Part shown: one piece after another, positions 50,795-63,347 of the stretch | How positions within the stretch are numbered: the stretch's first letter is position 1 | Layout of the letters: each line of letters starts with the position of its first letter | Assembly: GCF_030144855.1 (NCBI RefSeq) | Contig: NC_082731.1 | Location: 26,164,001 to 26,228,000, forward strand | Length of the DNA stretch: 64,000 nt | Direction of reading: 5' to 3' | Source: Hypanus sabinus | Taxonomy: Eukaryota | Translations under genes and position numbers: made by a program | Notes under the pieces: generated by a model | The model's input: only the letters and a program-made list of their open reading frames with translations | The model's database searches: none | Told to the model about the DNA's origin: nothing

Positions 50795-53274
50795 ATAATG
50801 CGAAGAGTACCAGTGAAAATTCACAGCCCTGTCTCGTACCCCTTTCTAGGGTAAAACTATTTGATAAATATCCATTGATTTTAATCCTTGCAGTAGGATT
50901 GTCATATAGTGCCTGTATAGTTTTAATAATTGTGTCATGTTAACCTTCATATAAAACTCTGTAAAGACAATTCCAATTAACCGAACCAAATGCCTTTTCA
51001 GCGTCCACGCTTATCACTATTGCTTCAAATTATTTTTGTATATGATCCGTAATGTGATGGGTCTGTATATTGTACTGTGTTTGTCGTTGTTATACAAAAC
51101 CTGTCTGATCATTATGTACGTGTGTGGGTAGGAAATCGTCTAATCGTTTGGCCATGATGTAGGTAGATAATGTATAATCCACAGTAAGAACAGATATTGG
51201 TTTACATGACCCAATTTCAATTTTATCCTTGCCTTCTTCCGGTACAGCTGTGATTTTCACCTCCTTCAAGCTGGGTGGCATTTGTGCCTCTTTTAGGGCC
51301 CAGTTCCGTGAAACGGGAATTAATTATGTTTTAAATTCTTCATACCACTCTGCCGTATATTTATCTGATACTGATGACTTAGGCCTACTAATTGCAGTTT
51401 TTAGTTCAGCTTCAGTTGTGTCAGCAGTCATGGTTCTATTCTGTTCTTCACTTAGAATGAGTAACTCCAGAGAATTCATGAAGGTGTCAATTTGGGTTAT
51501 GCTTCCCCGTGGAACATTGGAATATAGAGTTTTGTACAACACTTCAGAAGCTGCCTGAATTTCCTTTAGTTTATTTCTACCACCTTTTTCTTGGATCCCT
51601 AATTCTATGAACTGTATTTTCTGCTATCTTTATTTTTCAGTTTCGACGCCAATACTTTCATAGATTTAGATCCACTTTCGTAGTTTCTGTTTCAGAAATA
51701 TTATTTTTCCTGATTTCTTGTGCAGCAAAACTACTAGTTCCATTTCAATTTTTTTTTTAATTTCATCTTATGTATCCTGTGCTAAACTCAACTTGTGACT
51801 TTGGTCTGGTTCCTTTAGCTTAGTTTGTAATTCATTTAATGTTTTATTCCTTAGTTTTTTCCTTATATGAAGGTACCGCTGTAATTTTCCCTCTTAAGAC
51901 AGCCTCCAGTATGTCCCATAGAATGGGAGATTAAACCTCTCCATTATCATTGAATTCTAAGTAAAGACCAATTTCATGTTGAACTTGTTTCTCAAAATAG
52001 GAATCATTCAGTAGACTTGAATTTAGTTTGCAAATAGTATTCATTCGCTGTAGTTCAAAATCAACAGATAAATATATAGGTGCATGGTTACTTACATCTA
52101 GTGTCCCGATTCCACAGATGTTTATTTTGTCTTTATCTTTTCCAACTGTTAATAAATAGTCTATTCTTGTAAATACAGAATGGGGATGGGCAGAATAATG
52201 AGCGTAATCTCTTTTGTTGGGGTAAAGGCTCCTCCATGTATCAATTAGTCCAACATCCTCAAAAAGTGTGATAACTTTCTTATGCAAGACCTTTTTTCAT
52301 AGGTTTTTCTATTGGAAGAGTCTAACGTTGGTTCTAATTGTAAATTTCAGTCTCCCCCACATATCAAGAGGCGTTCTGTTTCCTTTACCATATTATTAGT
52401 AATTGTCTGGAAGAAACTAATATCACTTCTTGTGGGTGCATATATATTCAATAGAGTAAACTGAATTTCCGTCTATATTCCCATTTACCAGAATATATCT
52501 GCCCTCTTTCTCTCCTATTTCGAATACTTTCTGTTTTCAAAGTTTAGCTTGTTTGAGATGAGAATTGCAACTTCTCTCCTATATCCCGATTTATATGAGG
52601 AGAGAAACAAATTAGTGAATCCCATTCTCTTTTTTTCCATGCTCATTAAGTGAGTTTCATGTAAATATGCCACATGTGCTTGTTCTTTCTTCATTTTTGA
52701 CAGACTTTAACTGCGTTTGATTGGATTTAACAGCCCATTGACAATAAAAAAAAATGAAGTTTACTTTGTCCTTAGCCGTGTGTATTTATCTGTCAGTATC
52801 TCATTGAAATTCACAGAATAATACTTAATCGATCTAATCCCTGAACAAATAAGAACCAAGAAACGTGAATAAAATGAAAGGTAACGAAGGAGTGATTCCA
52901 AGGCTGAGCTTTCTTGCAGATGACCCTGGATTAAGCTAGAGAAAACCATGGGGGTCTAGCCATGGGGGTTAACCTCTCCTACCTGTGAGTTCAGGGCCCC
53001 CACTGCAGTACCCATAAAAGTAAGTGAAAAAATCTATGTTCATTACACAGAAAAGATTTCCCTGTGCATTCCTCCCATGTATATGTTCTCATTTAAGTGG
53101 GGTAAAAGGAGTGAATGAATGAATTAAAAATAATATCATTGAGTAATATAAAATCCACATTGTAATATGTATTTCTTGAGATAAGTATAGCACCGTCTTT
53201 TTTTTTTTTGCTTCTGTTTAGCTTATCAACACTTTCGAAATTAGACATGATGGCTCTTCTGGAGGAGGTGAGAG

Positions 53275-53990
53275 CTGTCTTCTGAAAACTCACAGTCTGT
53301 TCTTGATATTCTCCTCTCGCCTTCCTCCCGTCCCCTGTATTCTCGATTCTGTTGGAGTAATCTATTGCATCCTTTGCTCCCGGTGCGGCCTCCTCTACAT
53401 CGGCGAGACCCGACACAGATTGGGGGAATCTCTTCGTCGAGCACCTTCGTTCTGTCCGCCATAACAGACAGGATCTCCTGGTTACCATTCACTTCAACAC
53501 TACTTCACATTCCCATTCGGATATGTCCATACATGGTCTCCTCTACTGCCATGACCAAACATCGGTTGGAGGAACAACACCTCATATACCGTCTGGGTAG
53601 TCTCCAGCCCCTTGGTATGAACATCGAATTCTCCAGCTTCCGGTAATTCCCTCCCTCTCCCTTTCCCCATCCCATTTTCACTCTGTTTCCTCTTCTAGCT
53701 GATTTTGCCTTCTTCTACTACCCATAGTGCTTTCCCCTTAGATTCCTTCTTCACCTCACCTGCCTATCCCCTCCGTGCTTCCCCTCCCCCACCCCTTGAA
53801 CTTTCCCCTGATTGGTTTTTCACCTGACGCATTCCGTCTTCCCCACACCTTCTTTATAGGGCCCCTGCCCCCTCCTTCTTTAGTCCTGACGAAGGGTCTC
53901 GGCCCGAAACGTTGACTGCTCCTTTCAACGGATGCTGCACAACCTGCTGAGTTCATCCAGCTTTTTTGTACGTCTCTATTCTCTGACTAT
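53275..53990 (+). mobile_element. Penelope-like 3' fragment (GIY-YIG and terminus) inserted between L1 ORF1 and ORF2
   Basis: GVIYCILCSRCGLLYIGETRHRLG and LEEQHLIYRLGSLQPLGMNIEFSSFR*, followed by a pyrimidine-rich spacer and the terminus. Confidence 0.9.
53882..53917 (+). ncRNA. Minimal type I hammerhead ribozyme motif in the Penelope terminus
   Basis: AGTC-CTGACGA-A-GGG-TCTCGG-CCC-GAAACGT-T-GACT. Stem I AGTC/GACT, core CUGANGA, stem II GGG/CCC, GAAA, palindromic ACGT stem III and GUU cleavage triplet. Confidence 0.7.
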
Positions 53991-56708
53991 TTGCCAAGCA
54001 GAGCGGGATATCTGCTAAGCCAGGCTCTCCCTCGGTTTGATCACGCTGACTGACAACCCTCTGGCTTTCATGTCTGCAGTCGCCTCTTCCACTGTCTGAT
54101 ACAGTTGCATCCCGTCTTCATAGAACACACGCAGTTTAGCAGGGTACGGAGTCTGGAAGCTAATCTTTCTTTGCTTTAATACTCCTTTCAGTTCGGAATA
54201 TTCCTTAAGTTTCTGCAGGATCACTGAGGGAATAATCTTTATCAAACTATATCAATTTCCCGTTCAAAAATACCTTCTTCTTACCGCAGGCCTTGCGCAG
54301 AATATCTGCTTTGGTTTTGTACTGAAGAAACCTGATTAATATTGACTGTGGCTTATTTTTCCTGTCTCAAGGCGAGCGTGCGGTGTGCTCTCTCCATGTC
54401 GAGTTCCGTGGTCGAAGGAATCTCCAGTGTATCCCGTAATAACTTTTCTACAAACTCTACCATAGACAACCCCTCCGCTCCTTCGGGAACGTTATATATC
54501 CTGATGTTCTTACGTCGTGACTTTTCTTCGTTGTCCAGTAGTTTAGATTCTTGTTGATATAGCACTTCTACCATTTTACTTAGCATCCGAACCGCGTTTT
54601 GAATGCGATCTTCAACCTTTTCAGTTCATGTCTCTGCCACCGCTATTTTTGATTAACGTTGCTGAGCTCTGATTTGATATCATTTAATTGCCGTTTTATG
54701 TCTTTTTGGAGTTACCGCATCTCTTCCAGAATTTTTATTAAATTTGCCGCTTTGTCTGAGTGAGGCCCAGCGCCACCACACGCACGTATAGGAGAACAGT
54801 TCAATGCACCGCTATGGTCCACAGCCTCCGCTGTGATGCTTTTTGTACCATTCCTTTTCCCCATTCCTGCCCCCTTACAAGTTCAGATATTTCCAGGAAA
54901 TCTTGTATCTGGCGGAATAGCGGTGCAAAATGCACTTTGTTCCGGAGGTGCTATCATGTTAGGCTGCCATTCTGGACGATGACGTAACCGGAGCCCATGG
55001 CTGATAATTTTTTTTATCTCTTCCTCAAACCCAGTTCCCGGCCTTCTCCCCGTGACACTTGATGCCATGTGTAATAAGGAATCTATCAATCTCTCCCTTA
55101 AATACACCCAACGAACTGGCCTTCAAAGCTGCACGTGGCAACAAATTCCACAAATTTACCACCTTTGACAAAAGAAATTACTTCGTATCTCTGTTTTGAA
55201 AGGGCGCCCTCTTGTCCTAGACTCCCCACCATGGGAAACACCCTTTTCATATCTGCTCTGTCTAGGCTTTACAACATTCGAATGGTTTCAATAAGGTCCG
55301 TCCCCCGCAACCCCCCCCCCATGCCCCCCCCCCCATCCTTCGGAAGTCCAGCGAGTACAGACCTACACCCAATAAACGTTCCTCGTATATGACCGCTTCA
55401 TTTCTGGAATCATCCTTGTGAACATCCTCTGTTGCATATAAAGCGTTTTCTACCTGCAGGTCGGTGACCAGTAGTATTCTGCAGGCATCTCTGCTGGGAC
55501 CACTTCTGTTTATGATATTTATTAGCGACATGGATGAGAAAGTGAGCGAGTGGGTTAGTAAGTTTGCATGTGACTTGTAGAGTGGTGGGGTTGTGCCATT
55601 GGTTCAAAGTTTATTTTAGGTTTCAATGGAATGCTGATATGATGCAGAACTGGGATGAGAGGTGGCGGCGATGGAGTTCATCTGGAATAGTGTGAAGCGA
55701 TTCGCTTTAGAAAGCCAATTTTGAAGAGAGAATACCAGGTTTATGACTGAATTCTCAGTAACGTAGAGAAAATTAGGATCCACGGCCGTAGGTCCCACAA
55801 AGATGCCGCGCGAATTGATAATGTTGGGAACAAGGCGTATGGATCTTCATCAGTCTTGAGATTGAGTTCAAATATTAATGTTGCATCTCTGGTTAGACCG
55901 CATTTGGAATATCGTGATTAATTGCCGTCGCCTCATTATAGGACGAATCTAGAAGCGTTAGGGTGCAGAGGAAATTTACCGGTATGCTCTCTGCATTGGA
56001 GGATAGGTTTTATGAGTACACATTGTGTGAGGGTCACTAGCGAACTCAAGTGTGCGAACCACGAAGAGTTCTGCAACTTAAACAGAGGTAAAGCTTTATC
56101 TCTGAAACGAACCACTAAGAGGAGCTCTGGCAAACTAGAATCGTGACAAATTGAAATCACTCACGATGCAAAGAAGAATTCTGACTCAGTAAAGAAAGTT
56201 TGGCATGGCCCTACACCCCACTGAAATACACACTGGAGTACGCAGGAATTTAGGAACAATGAATAAATATAGGCGGCCAGGGGAATCAATAATACGTGAA
56301 GCCAACAACTACAACATAAAGCATGAAAATTAAATTATCCAAAATAGAATAAAAGTGTTAAATACAAAGAGGTCTTAACAGTCCCCGTGATACCAAATTG
56401 GATATCTGCAAAACAGACTGGAAAATTAGAGCCAATGCTAAGATAAAAAATAATTAGACATAAATGGTAAACAATACAAGGGACACCTCATACTCATGAG
56501 GTGACACGGAAAAAATACAGTCCACATACTAACAGGAAAAAAGTGAACGACTACTGCATTCGTCTCCACACCTCCCCCCACCTTCGGGATGAAGACTCTG
56601 AGAATCAGTAATCAGATCAGGATACAATCTATCCTGAGTCGGAACCCAACTACTTTCCTTCGGATCACATCACCCGCAATTGACTAACCAGTGGAACTAT
56701 CCCTTAAC

Positions 56709-57425
56709 GCAATCTAGTCAATCGTGATTTGAATAGCTCAGTAGAAAGCAGTTGATTAGACAGTCAAAATCAAAATATCTCAGACTCAGCAGAAAGCTGT
56801 TTGGGCAAACGAGGCCAGCTGATCAAAAGCTGGAAAAACTCAAATAAATAAATGTGTAACAAGCGGAGCGCCCAGTGATTGAGTGGGCCAGTGAAAGAGC
56901 GGAGCTTTGAAGCTTTGACTCGAGAGATTCTGGCAATTTTGGTCGTTAGACTGTGCAATCAAGCCAATAAAGATTTTAATAGCTCAGCAGAAAACATGTG
57001 ATTAGACAATCAAGATTTCAATAGCTCAGATCAACAGAAAGCAGCAAATTGGGTAATCGAGCTCACATTAGCAAGCAGTTTGAAAAACTCAGACAAATAA
57101 ATGGATGGGTGGCTCAAGCGAAGCGGCCAGTGAGTGAGTAATCCAGTGAAGGAGTAGAGCTTTGAGGTTTTGACTCGAGAGATTCTGGCTGTTGGACTGT
57201 GCAATCAAGTCAATCAAGATATGAATAGCTCAGCAGAAAGCAGTTGATTAGATAATCAAGATTTGAATAGCTCAGACTCAGCAGAAAGCAGCTGATTGGG
57301 CAATCGAGGTCAGGTGAACAAGCAGTTCGAAAAACTCAAACAAATAAATGGATGGGTAGCTCAAGCGGAGCGGCCAGTGAGTGAGTGGGTCAGTGAAGGA
57401 ATGGAAATTTGAGGCTTTGACTTCA
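56709..57425 (+). repeat. Three tandem 246-bp monomers
   Basis: Unit starts gcaatc(t/a)ag at 56709, 56955 and 57201 (period 246, 246). Each unit has aatagctcag, caaataaatg, ccagtga and tttgac. Confidence 0.85.
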
Positions 57426-59770
57426 GAGGCTTCGACGATATGAGGCTGAGGACGAGCTTGCTCCCATTTAGGGTCTGTAATGCCTCCCGAGATGGTGATG
57501 AGCCTTTCATGTGAGATGTGGCAGTCTTGGGGGAACTCCCCTCTCTCGCAGAGTCACATCTGCTAGAAGTGCATGTGGCTGGGCGATATGAAAGACAGTG
57601 TAATGAATCTGGAGCCGCAGCTGGGTGACCTTCAACTCATAAGGGAGAATGAGGCAGCCATAGATGAGATTTACAGCGAGATAGTCACACCTAGGCTGCC
57701 GGAAGCAGGTCGCTGGGTGACAATCAAAGGGGGGAAATCTAAGGTGAGTAGACAGGTACTCCGGCACTGAGTCTGGCCCAGTGGTGCAGAAGGGTGAGAC
57801 GAAGAAGAGGAGAGCTGCCGTCATTTTTATGGACGTGAGAAGGACGACAACATGGTTTGTTACCTCCCGGGTACCAGGGTCTGGGATGTCTCTGACAGTG
57901 TGCACGGCATCCTGGTACGAGAGGGAAAGCAACCAGGAGTCGTGATACCTGTTGGTACCAACGACATAGGCTAAAAGATGGATGAGGTCCAGAAGTATGA
58001 ATTTAGGGAACTAGGCAGAAGGCTGAAAAACAGGACCTCAAGGGTGGCGTTCTCAGGATTGCTGCCAGTGCTACGTGATAGTGGTGGTAAGAATTTGCAG
58101 GAGATGGCAGATGAATGCGTGGCTGAGGTGTTGGTGCGGGGGACAGTGTTTTAGATTTTTGGATAATTGGGATCTCTTCTAGGGAAGGTGGGACCTGTAC
58201 ATATTGGATGGATTGCACCTGAACTCGAGAGGGAACAATATCCTTGCAGGTAGGTTTGCTAGCATGGTTCGGGACGGTTTAAAATTATTTGCAAGGGGGA
58301 TGGGACGTGGTGCGATGGAAGTGAAAGTAGTGCATGGAGTAAAGCTTTATCAAACATATAAAGAAGCTTTGAGGAAAGAGAAACAGAATAAATGGTGTAA
58401 AGATAATAAGGTAGAGGGGCTAAGGGGCGTGTACTTCAATGCAAGAAGCATCAGGAACAAAAATGATGAACTGAGAATTTGGATACATACATGAAATTAT
58501 GATGTAGTGGCCATTACAGAGACTTGGCTGGCACCAGGGCAGGAATGGATGCTTAATATTCCTGGACTTAAGTGCTTTAAAATGGATAGAGAGGTGGGAA
58601 AGGGAAGGATGGTTGGCCTTACTGGTCAGGGATGCTATTACAGCTATAGAAAGGGTGGGTAATGTAGCAGAATCCTCTTTTGAGTCGGTATGGGTGCAAG
58701 TCAGAAACCGACAGGGAGCAGTTACTCTATTGGGAGCATTCTATAGGCCGCCTGGTAGCAGCAGAGATACCGAGGAGCAGATTAGGATGCAGATTTTGGA
58801 AAGGTGCAAACATAACAGGGTTGTTACCATTAACTTCCCCAATATTAATGGCACCTGATTAGTTCCAAAGTTATAGATGGGGCAGAGTGTGTTAAGTGTG
58901 TCCAGGACGGATTCCTGTCACAGAATGTTGACAGGCCGACTAGGGGAAATACTATACTAGATCTGGTATTAGGTAACGAACCGGGTCAGGTCACAGATGT
59001 CTCAGTAGGAGACTGTGACCACCGCTCCCTGACATTTAGCATTATCATGGAAAAGGATAGAATCACAGAGGACAACGAATTTTTTTATTAATTGGGTAAG
59101 GGCATATTATGAGACTATAAGGCTAGAACTTTCGGGTGTGAATTAGGATGATGTTTTTGCAAGGAAATTTACTATGGACATATGGTCGATGCTTCGGGAT
59201 ATCTTGCAGGATGTTGGGGATAAATTTGTCGCAGTGAGGAAGATAAAGAACGGAAGGGTGAAGGAACCATGGGTGCCAAGTGAGAAGGAAAATCTAGTCA
59301 GGTGGAAGAAGGCAACATACATGAGGTTTAGGAAGCAAGGATCAAATGGGTCTATTGAGGAAGATAGTTCAGCAAGAATGGAGCTTAAGAAGAGGCTGAG
59401 GAGAGCAAGAAGGGGGCATCATAAGGGCTTGGCAAGTAGGAGAAGGAACTCCCCATGCCATTCTTCAATCATGTGAAGAACAAAAAGGATGACAGGAGAG
59501 AAGGTAGGTCCGATTAGAGATGAAGATGGGAAGATGTTCCTGGAAGCTGGGGAAGTGAGCGAAGTCCTCAATGTATACTTCTCTTCGGTATTCACCAATG
59601 AGAGGGAACTTGTTGACGGTGAGGACAATATGAGTGAGGTTGATGTTCTGGAGCATATTAATATTAAGGGAGAGGAGGTGTTGAAGTTACTATACAGTAG
59701 AACAGGTAAATACCTGGTGCCTAACGGAATTTTCCCCAGGCTTCTCCAAGAGGCGAGGGAAAAGATTGAG
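56709..59770 (+). mobile_element. CR1 5' half: 5' UTR monomer array, ORF1 (esterase type) and ORF2 APE, 3'-truncated
   Basis: ORF1 remnants CMWLGDMKDSVMNLEPQLGDL, VGTNDIG and HLNSRGNNILAGRF; ORF2 YFNARSIRNK, VWVQVRNRQGAVTLLGAFYRP and EAGEVSEVLNVYFSSVF. It ends abruptly before the RT. Confidence 0.88.
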
Positions 59771-62330
59771 GATCTATTAGAAGGTCTCCCTGGGAAATAT
59801 CAAATCCTAAAAAGAAGACTCTAGGAACATGAAATTCCATTTTGAAAAATTAGTGCTTCTCTAATAAACACTGAAGAACCTGAAGAACCTGAAGAACATG
59901 GAATACATGGAATAAGCTTGAAAAAATAAAAATATCGCTTAGGTAAATAAAGACAACTCTGTTTAAAATTTCCATCAACGCATCGTTAATGAATGTCCGA
60001 AATAAACTGCTGGAGCGTTAACAAGCCCGAAGGGTATATGAAGATACTCATAATGCCCGGTGGGAGTAATGAATGCCCTGTTCTGTTCATCACCCTGACG
60101 AACTCGGATTACGTTTCAGCCATTCTTGAGATCCAACTTGGTGAAAAGTTTGACCCTTTGCAGTAAATCATATGCTGTCCATTAATGGAAAGAAGTGATG
60201 ATACCGTATCTCAATCCTTCTTTGTGGCAACTGTCTCTCAGGTCCAGGTGGGAAGTACAACATCCCTCGAGGAGGGCAGGAAACCGGCAATAACCTAATG
60301 GCAGCTCGGTAGATTTTTACTCGCTAAAAGCTGTTAGGAGATCTGAGTAGTCGGGAGGACTGGCTTAATCTCATTAATAGATTCTAATTTAGGAAGGCTG
60401 AATACAGGTTCAGGGTTCTTCGTTTTGCCCTCGGGCGCTCAGCACATACTCGCGCTCTGGGAGACCGATGAAAAAACAAACACTCCGGAAGTTAGGGGAC
60501 AAACCAGAAGCAGGTTCCCGGAACCAGTCAATCACAAGGACATACTGAGACAACCATGCACACTCAAATATAATGAAGGTCTCTGTGGATTGAAGCAGGT
60601 AGAAAATTAATGTTTCGTGATAATTCCCAGTCCAAAACCCCAACGGTCATGAAATCTAACAAAACTTACACGGCTCCAGGGTCTAATATACAGGGCAGTG
60701 GCCTTAAGGGGATGATCAAGCTTAGAAATAAGGAGTCCAATTTGTGTGCCACAAAATAAATGACTCGTGGAAAACTGCTTTTGATTCCATTTCAAACGAG
60801 AGTAAATTTAACTCTGAGGAAGTACTTATGAGAGAAGACACAGGGCCTTCAAAGACCTTACTGGCAGCTCCCCGAGGTTTCCTGACCTCTTGTGCACATG
60901 TCAGATCGTGCTCCTGCTCCCTAAAGTACAAGCAACGGCTCTCTTTAAATCTTCTGTCGTTTTCAGTAAACTATAAGTGTGTTTTGCCCAACTGCATTAT
61001 TTCCAGGGCATCAGGTGAGTAGTTTGGCGAAGGATCAGTACGAGGAAATGTTACGGGGGGGGGGGGGAAGCGAGGGTAGGTAAGATATAAGCTGGAGCTC
61101 TGCTGACGACGTTGTCGGCAGACGGATGGTCTAGACGAAAGGCTAAATCGAGTAGCCTATTAAGCTCCGGTACAGGATCGCCAGCTGCCAATTCATCTTT
61201 AAGAATGTTGTTGATGGCTAATGGCATGTTGGCCTTCATAACAAGGGGAGTTGAGTATAGGAGCAAAGAGGTCTTTCTGCAGTTGTACAGCGCCCTGATG
61301 AGACCGCACCTGGAGGATTGTGTGCAGTTTTGGTCTCCAAATTTGGGGAAGGACATTCTTGCTATTGGGGAAGTGCAGCGTAGGTTCACTAGGTTAATTC
61401 CTGAGATGGCGGGATTGTCATATGTCGAAAGATTGGAGCGACTGGGCGTGTATACACTGGAATTTAGAAGGATGAGAGGGGAATCTGATAGAAACACGTA
61501 AGATTATTAAGGGATTGGACACGCTAGGGGCAGGTAACGTGTTCCCGATGTTGGGGAAAATCCAGAACCAGAGGCTGCACTCTAAGAATAAGGGGTAGGC
61601 CATTTAGAACGGAGTTGAGGAAAAACTTTTTCACCCAGGGAGTTGTGAATCTGTGGAATGCTCTGCCTAAGAAGGCAGTGGAGGCCAGTTCTCTGGATGC
61701 TTTCAAGAAAGAGATAGAGCTCTTAAAGATAGTGGAGTCGAGGGATATGAGGAGAAGGCAGGAACAGGGTAATGATTGTGGTTGATCAGCCATGATCACA
61801 TTGCATGGAGTTGGTGGCTCCAAGGGCCGAATGGACTACTCCTGCACCTATTGTCTAATGTTGAGCCCTTTATAGACCATTGGTAGCAGATCTTTGCCGT
61901 TCCATCCATTCTCTTGAGCCAAAGCTTTGAATTCGATTGACTAGTCTACCAGACTCATTGACCCCTGTCTGATGCCAAGAAGTCTCGCAGATGCCTGCTA
62001 CCCACGGATGGTGGTAATTAAATACTCTCTTTCCGGCCCCAGTGAATAGATCAATAAAGGTGCATTCGGGATCCCTTCTCTCCCACTTAACCGTTTAACC
62101 ACTCCAGGGCTTTAGCAGAGAGTAAAATAATGTAAGCTAATTTACTTCGTCCGGTAGGAAACATGAGCGGCATCAGTTCGAACACCAGTGAACACGGGGT
62201 TATAAACCCACGGCACGACTCGAAACCTCCGAACTAGCGCTCTGCAGTAGGCAGATTTAAGGAGATATCGGCACACTCCCTCCGATGGTGTGGCGTATCT
62301 AATTCCCCTGCTTTTATAATTCACTTGATG
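59770..62330 (-). mobile_element. Decayed Sushi-like Gypsy fragment (gag to RT)
   Basis: RT FTKLDLKNG...[23 protein letters not shown]; gag LKDELAAGDPVPELNRLLDLAFRLD and EIMQLGKTHL. The right boundary is approximate. Confidence 0.8.
61211..61856 (+). mobile_element. CR1 3' fragment inserted in Gypsy gag
   Basis: ORF ...RPHLEDCVQFWSPNLGKDILAIGEVQRRFTRL; 7-bp TSD AATGTTG at 61204-61210 and 61857-61863. Confidence 0.9.
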
Positions 62331-62569
62331 GCAAAAAAAAAAAGACATGGCTATTTCCCACATCTACTGCTTGTGATTACTGACCGTGACATTTCACTTT
62401 GCCAAATCTAATTGGACTTTGAATCCTGCTAAGATCATTTTTCTTAACTGAGTCGTACGGTGAGGTCCTGTAGCGAACTCCATTGCAGGAACTACTGAGA
62501 ATTCCCACAAAACTAAAGATTTCATACAAAAATTAAACAGAAAATATTACAGAAATTAATCAGAGCATT

Positions 62570-62905
62570 TTCAAAGACAGGTGTCTAGAAAGAGCTCGAA
62601 GGATCATTGTGGACCCTAGTCATCCGAATCACAAACTGTTCCAGCTCCTACCATCCGGAAAACGGTACCGTGGCATAAAAGGCAGGACTAACAGGCTCCT
62701 GGACAGCTTCTTCCACCAGGCCATCGACTGAGTAATTCATACTAATGCAATTGTATTTCTGTGTTACATTGAATATATTTTTGTACCTACTATTTATCAT
62801 AAATTACTATAAATTGCACATTGCGGATTTAGATGACGTGACGTCAAAGTTTTTACTCCTCATGTATATAAAGCATATCAGTAATAAATTTAATTCAATA
62901 AAGTC
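62570..62905 (+). mobile_element. Rex1/Babar-type LINE 3' fragment
   Basis: RCLERARRIIVDPSHPNHKLFQLLPSGKRYRGIKGRTNRLLDSFFHQAI followed by an aataaagtcaattc tail. Confidence 0.7.
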
Positions 62906-63225
62906 AATTCGAAAGAACTAACAAGAGCTCCAACAATCTATAAACAGTCTTAACAAACTGAAATCACTCACGATGCACCAAGGAACCCTTTTGAACTTTC
63001 ACCTGACAAGGAAGCGCAGCGACCGATCAAAGAGGGTTAACATGCCCACCTGAAGTACAGCCTAGAGTTTATAGGAATTCAGGACAAGACAGATAATATG
63101 GGTGTCGACGAAGCAATAATCCACAAAGCCACAACTACAAAACAAGACATTGAAACTACCGTGCTAATTAAATTATTCCCAAATTGAATAAAAGTGATGA
63201 ATACAAAGGAGCTTAAAATCTCCAT

Positions 63226-63347
63226 AAGGGTTTCAGCCCGAAACGTCGTCACTACCTCCTCCCATAGATGCTGTCTGGCCTGCTGAGTTCTGCCAGCATT
63301 TTGTGTTTGTTATTTATTTCCAGCATCTGCAGATTCACTCGTGTTGC
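63226..63347 (+). mobile_element. Short Penelope-like terminal insertion
   Basis: aagggtttcagcccgaaacgtcgtcac...cccatagatgctgtctggcctgctgagttc...cagcatctgcag. Confidence 0.75.

Larger units (their letters stand above)
47877..54994 (-). mobile_element. Near-full-length L1/Tx1-clade LINE (ORF1 and ORF2), decayed, inserted in a CR1 3' tail
   Basis: T15 tract (polyA tail) 47879-47893. ORF1 SRRKNIRIYNVPEGAEG...DMERAHR and FQTPYPAKLRVF; APE GLIDTWRSL...RIDYLL...SNHAPI; RT TRQGC and CYADDIL. The flanks gccattcaacc and ccatggctgat rejoin as a CR1 3' end that continues to about 55430. Confidence 0.92.

Noticed and set aside
59871-59915. (CTGAAGAAC)x3 and (ATGGAATA)x2 as a functional repeat array
   Set aside because: Local slippage duplications inside the decayed Gypsy RT; no spacers, so not CRISPR-like.
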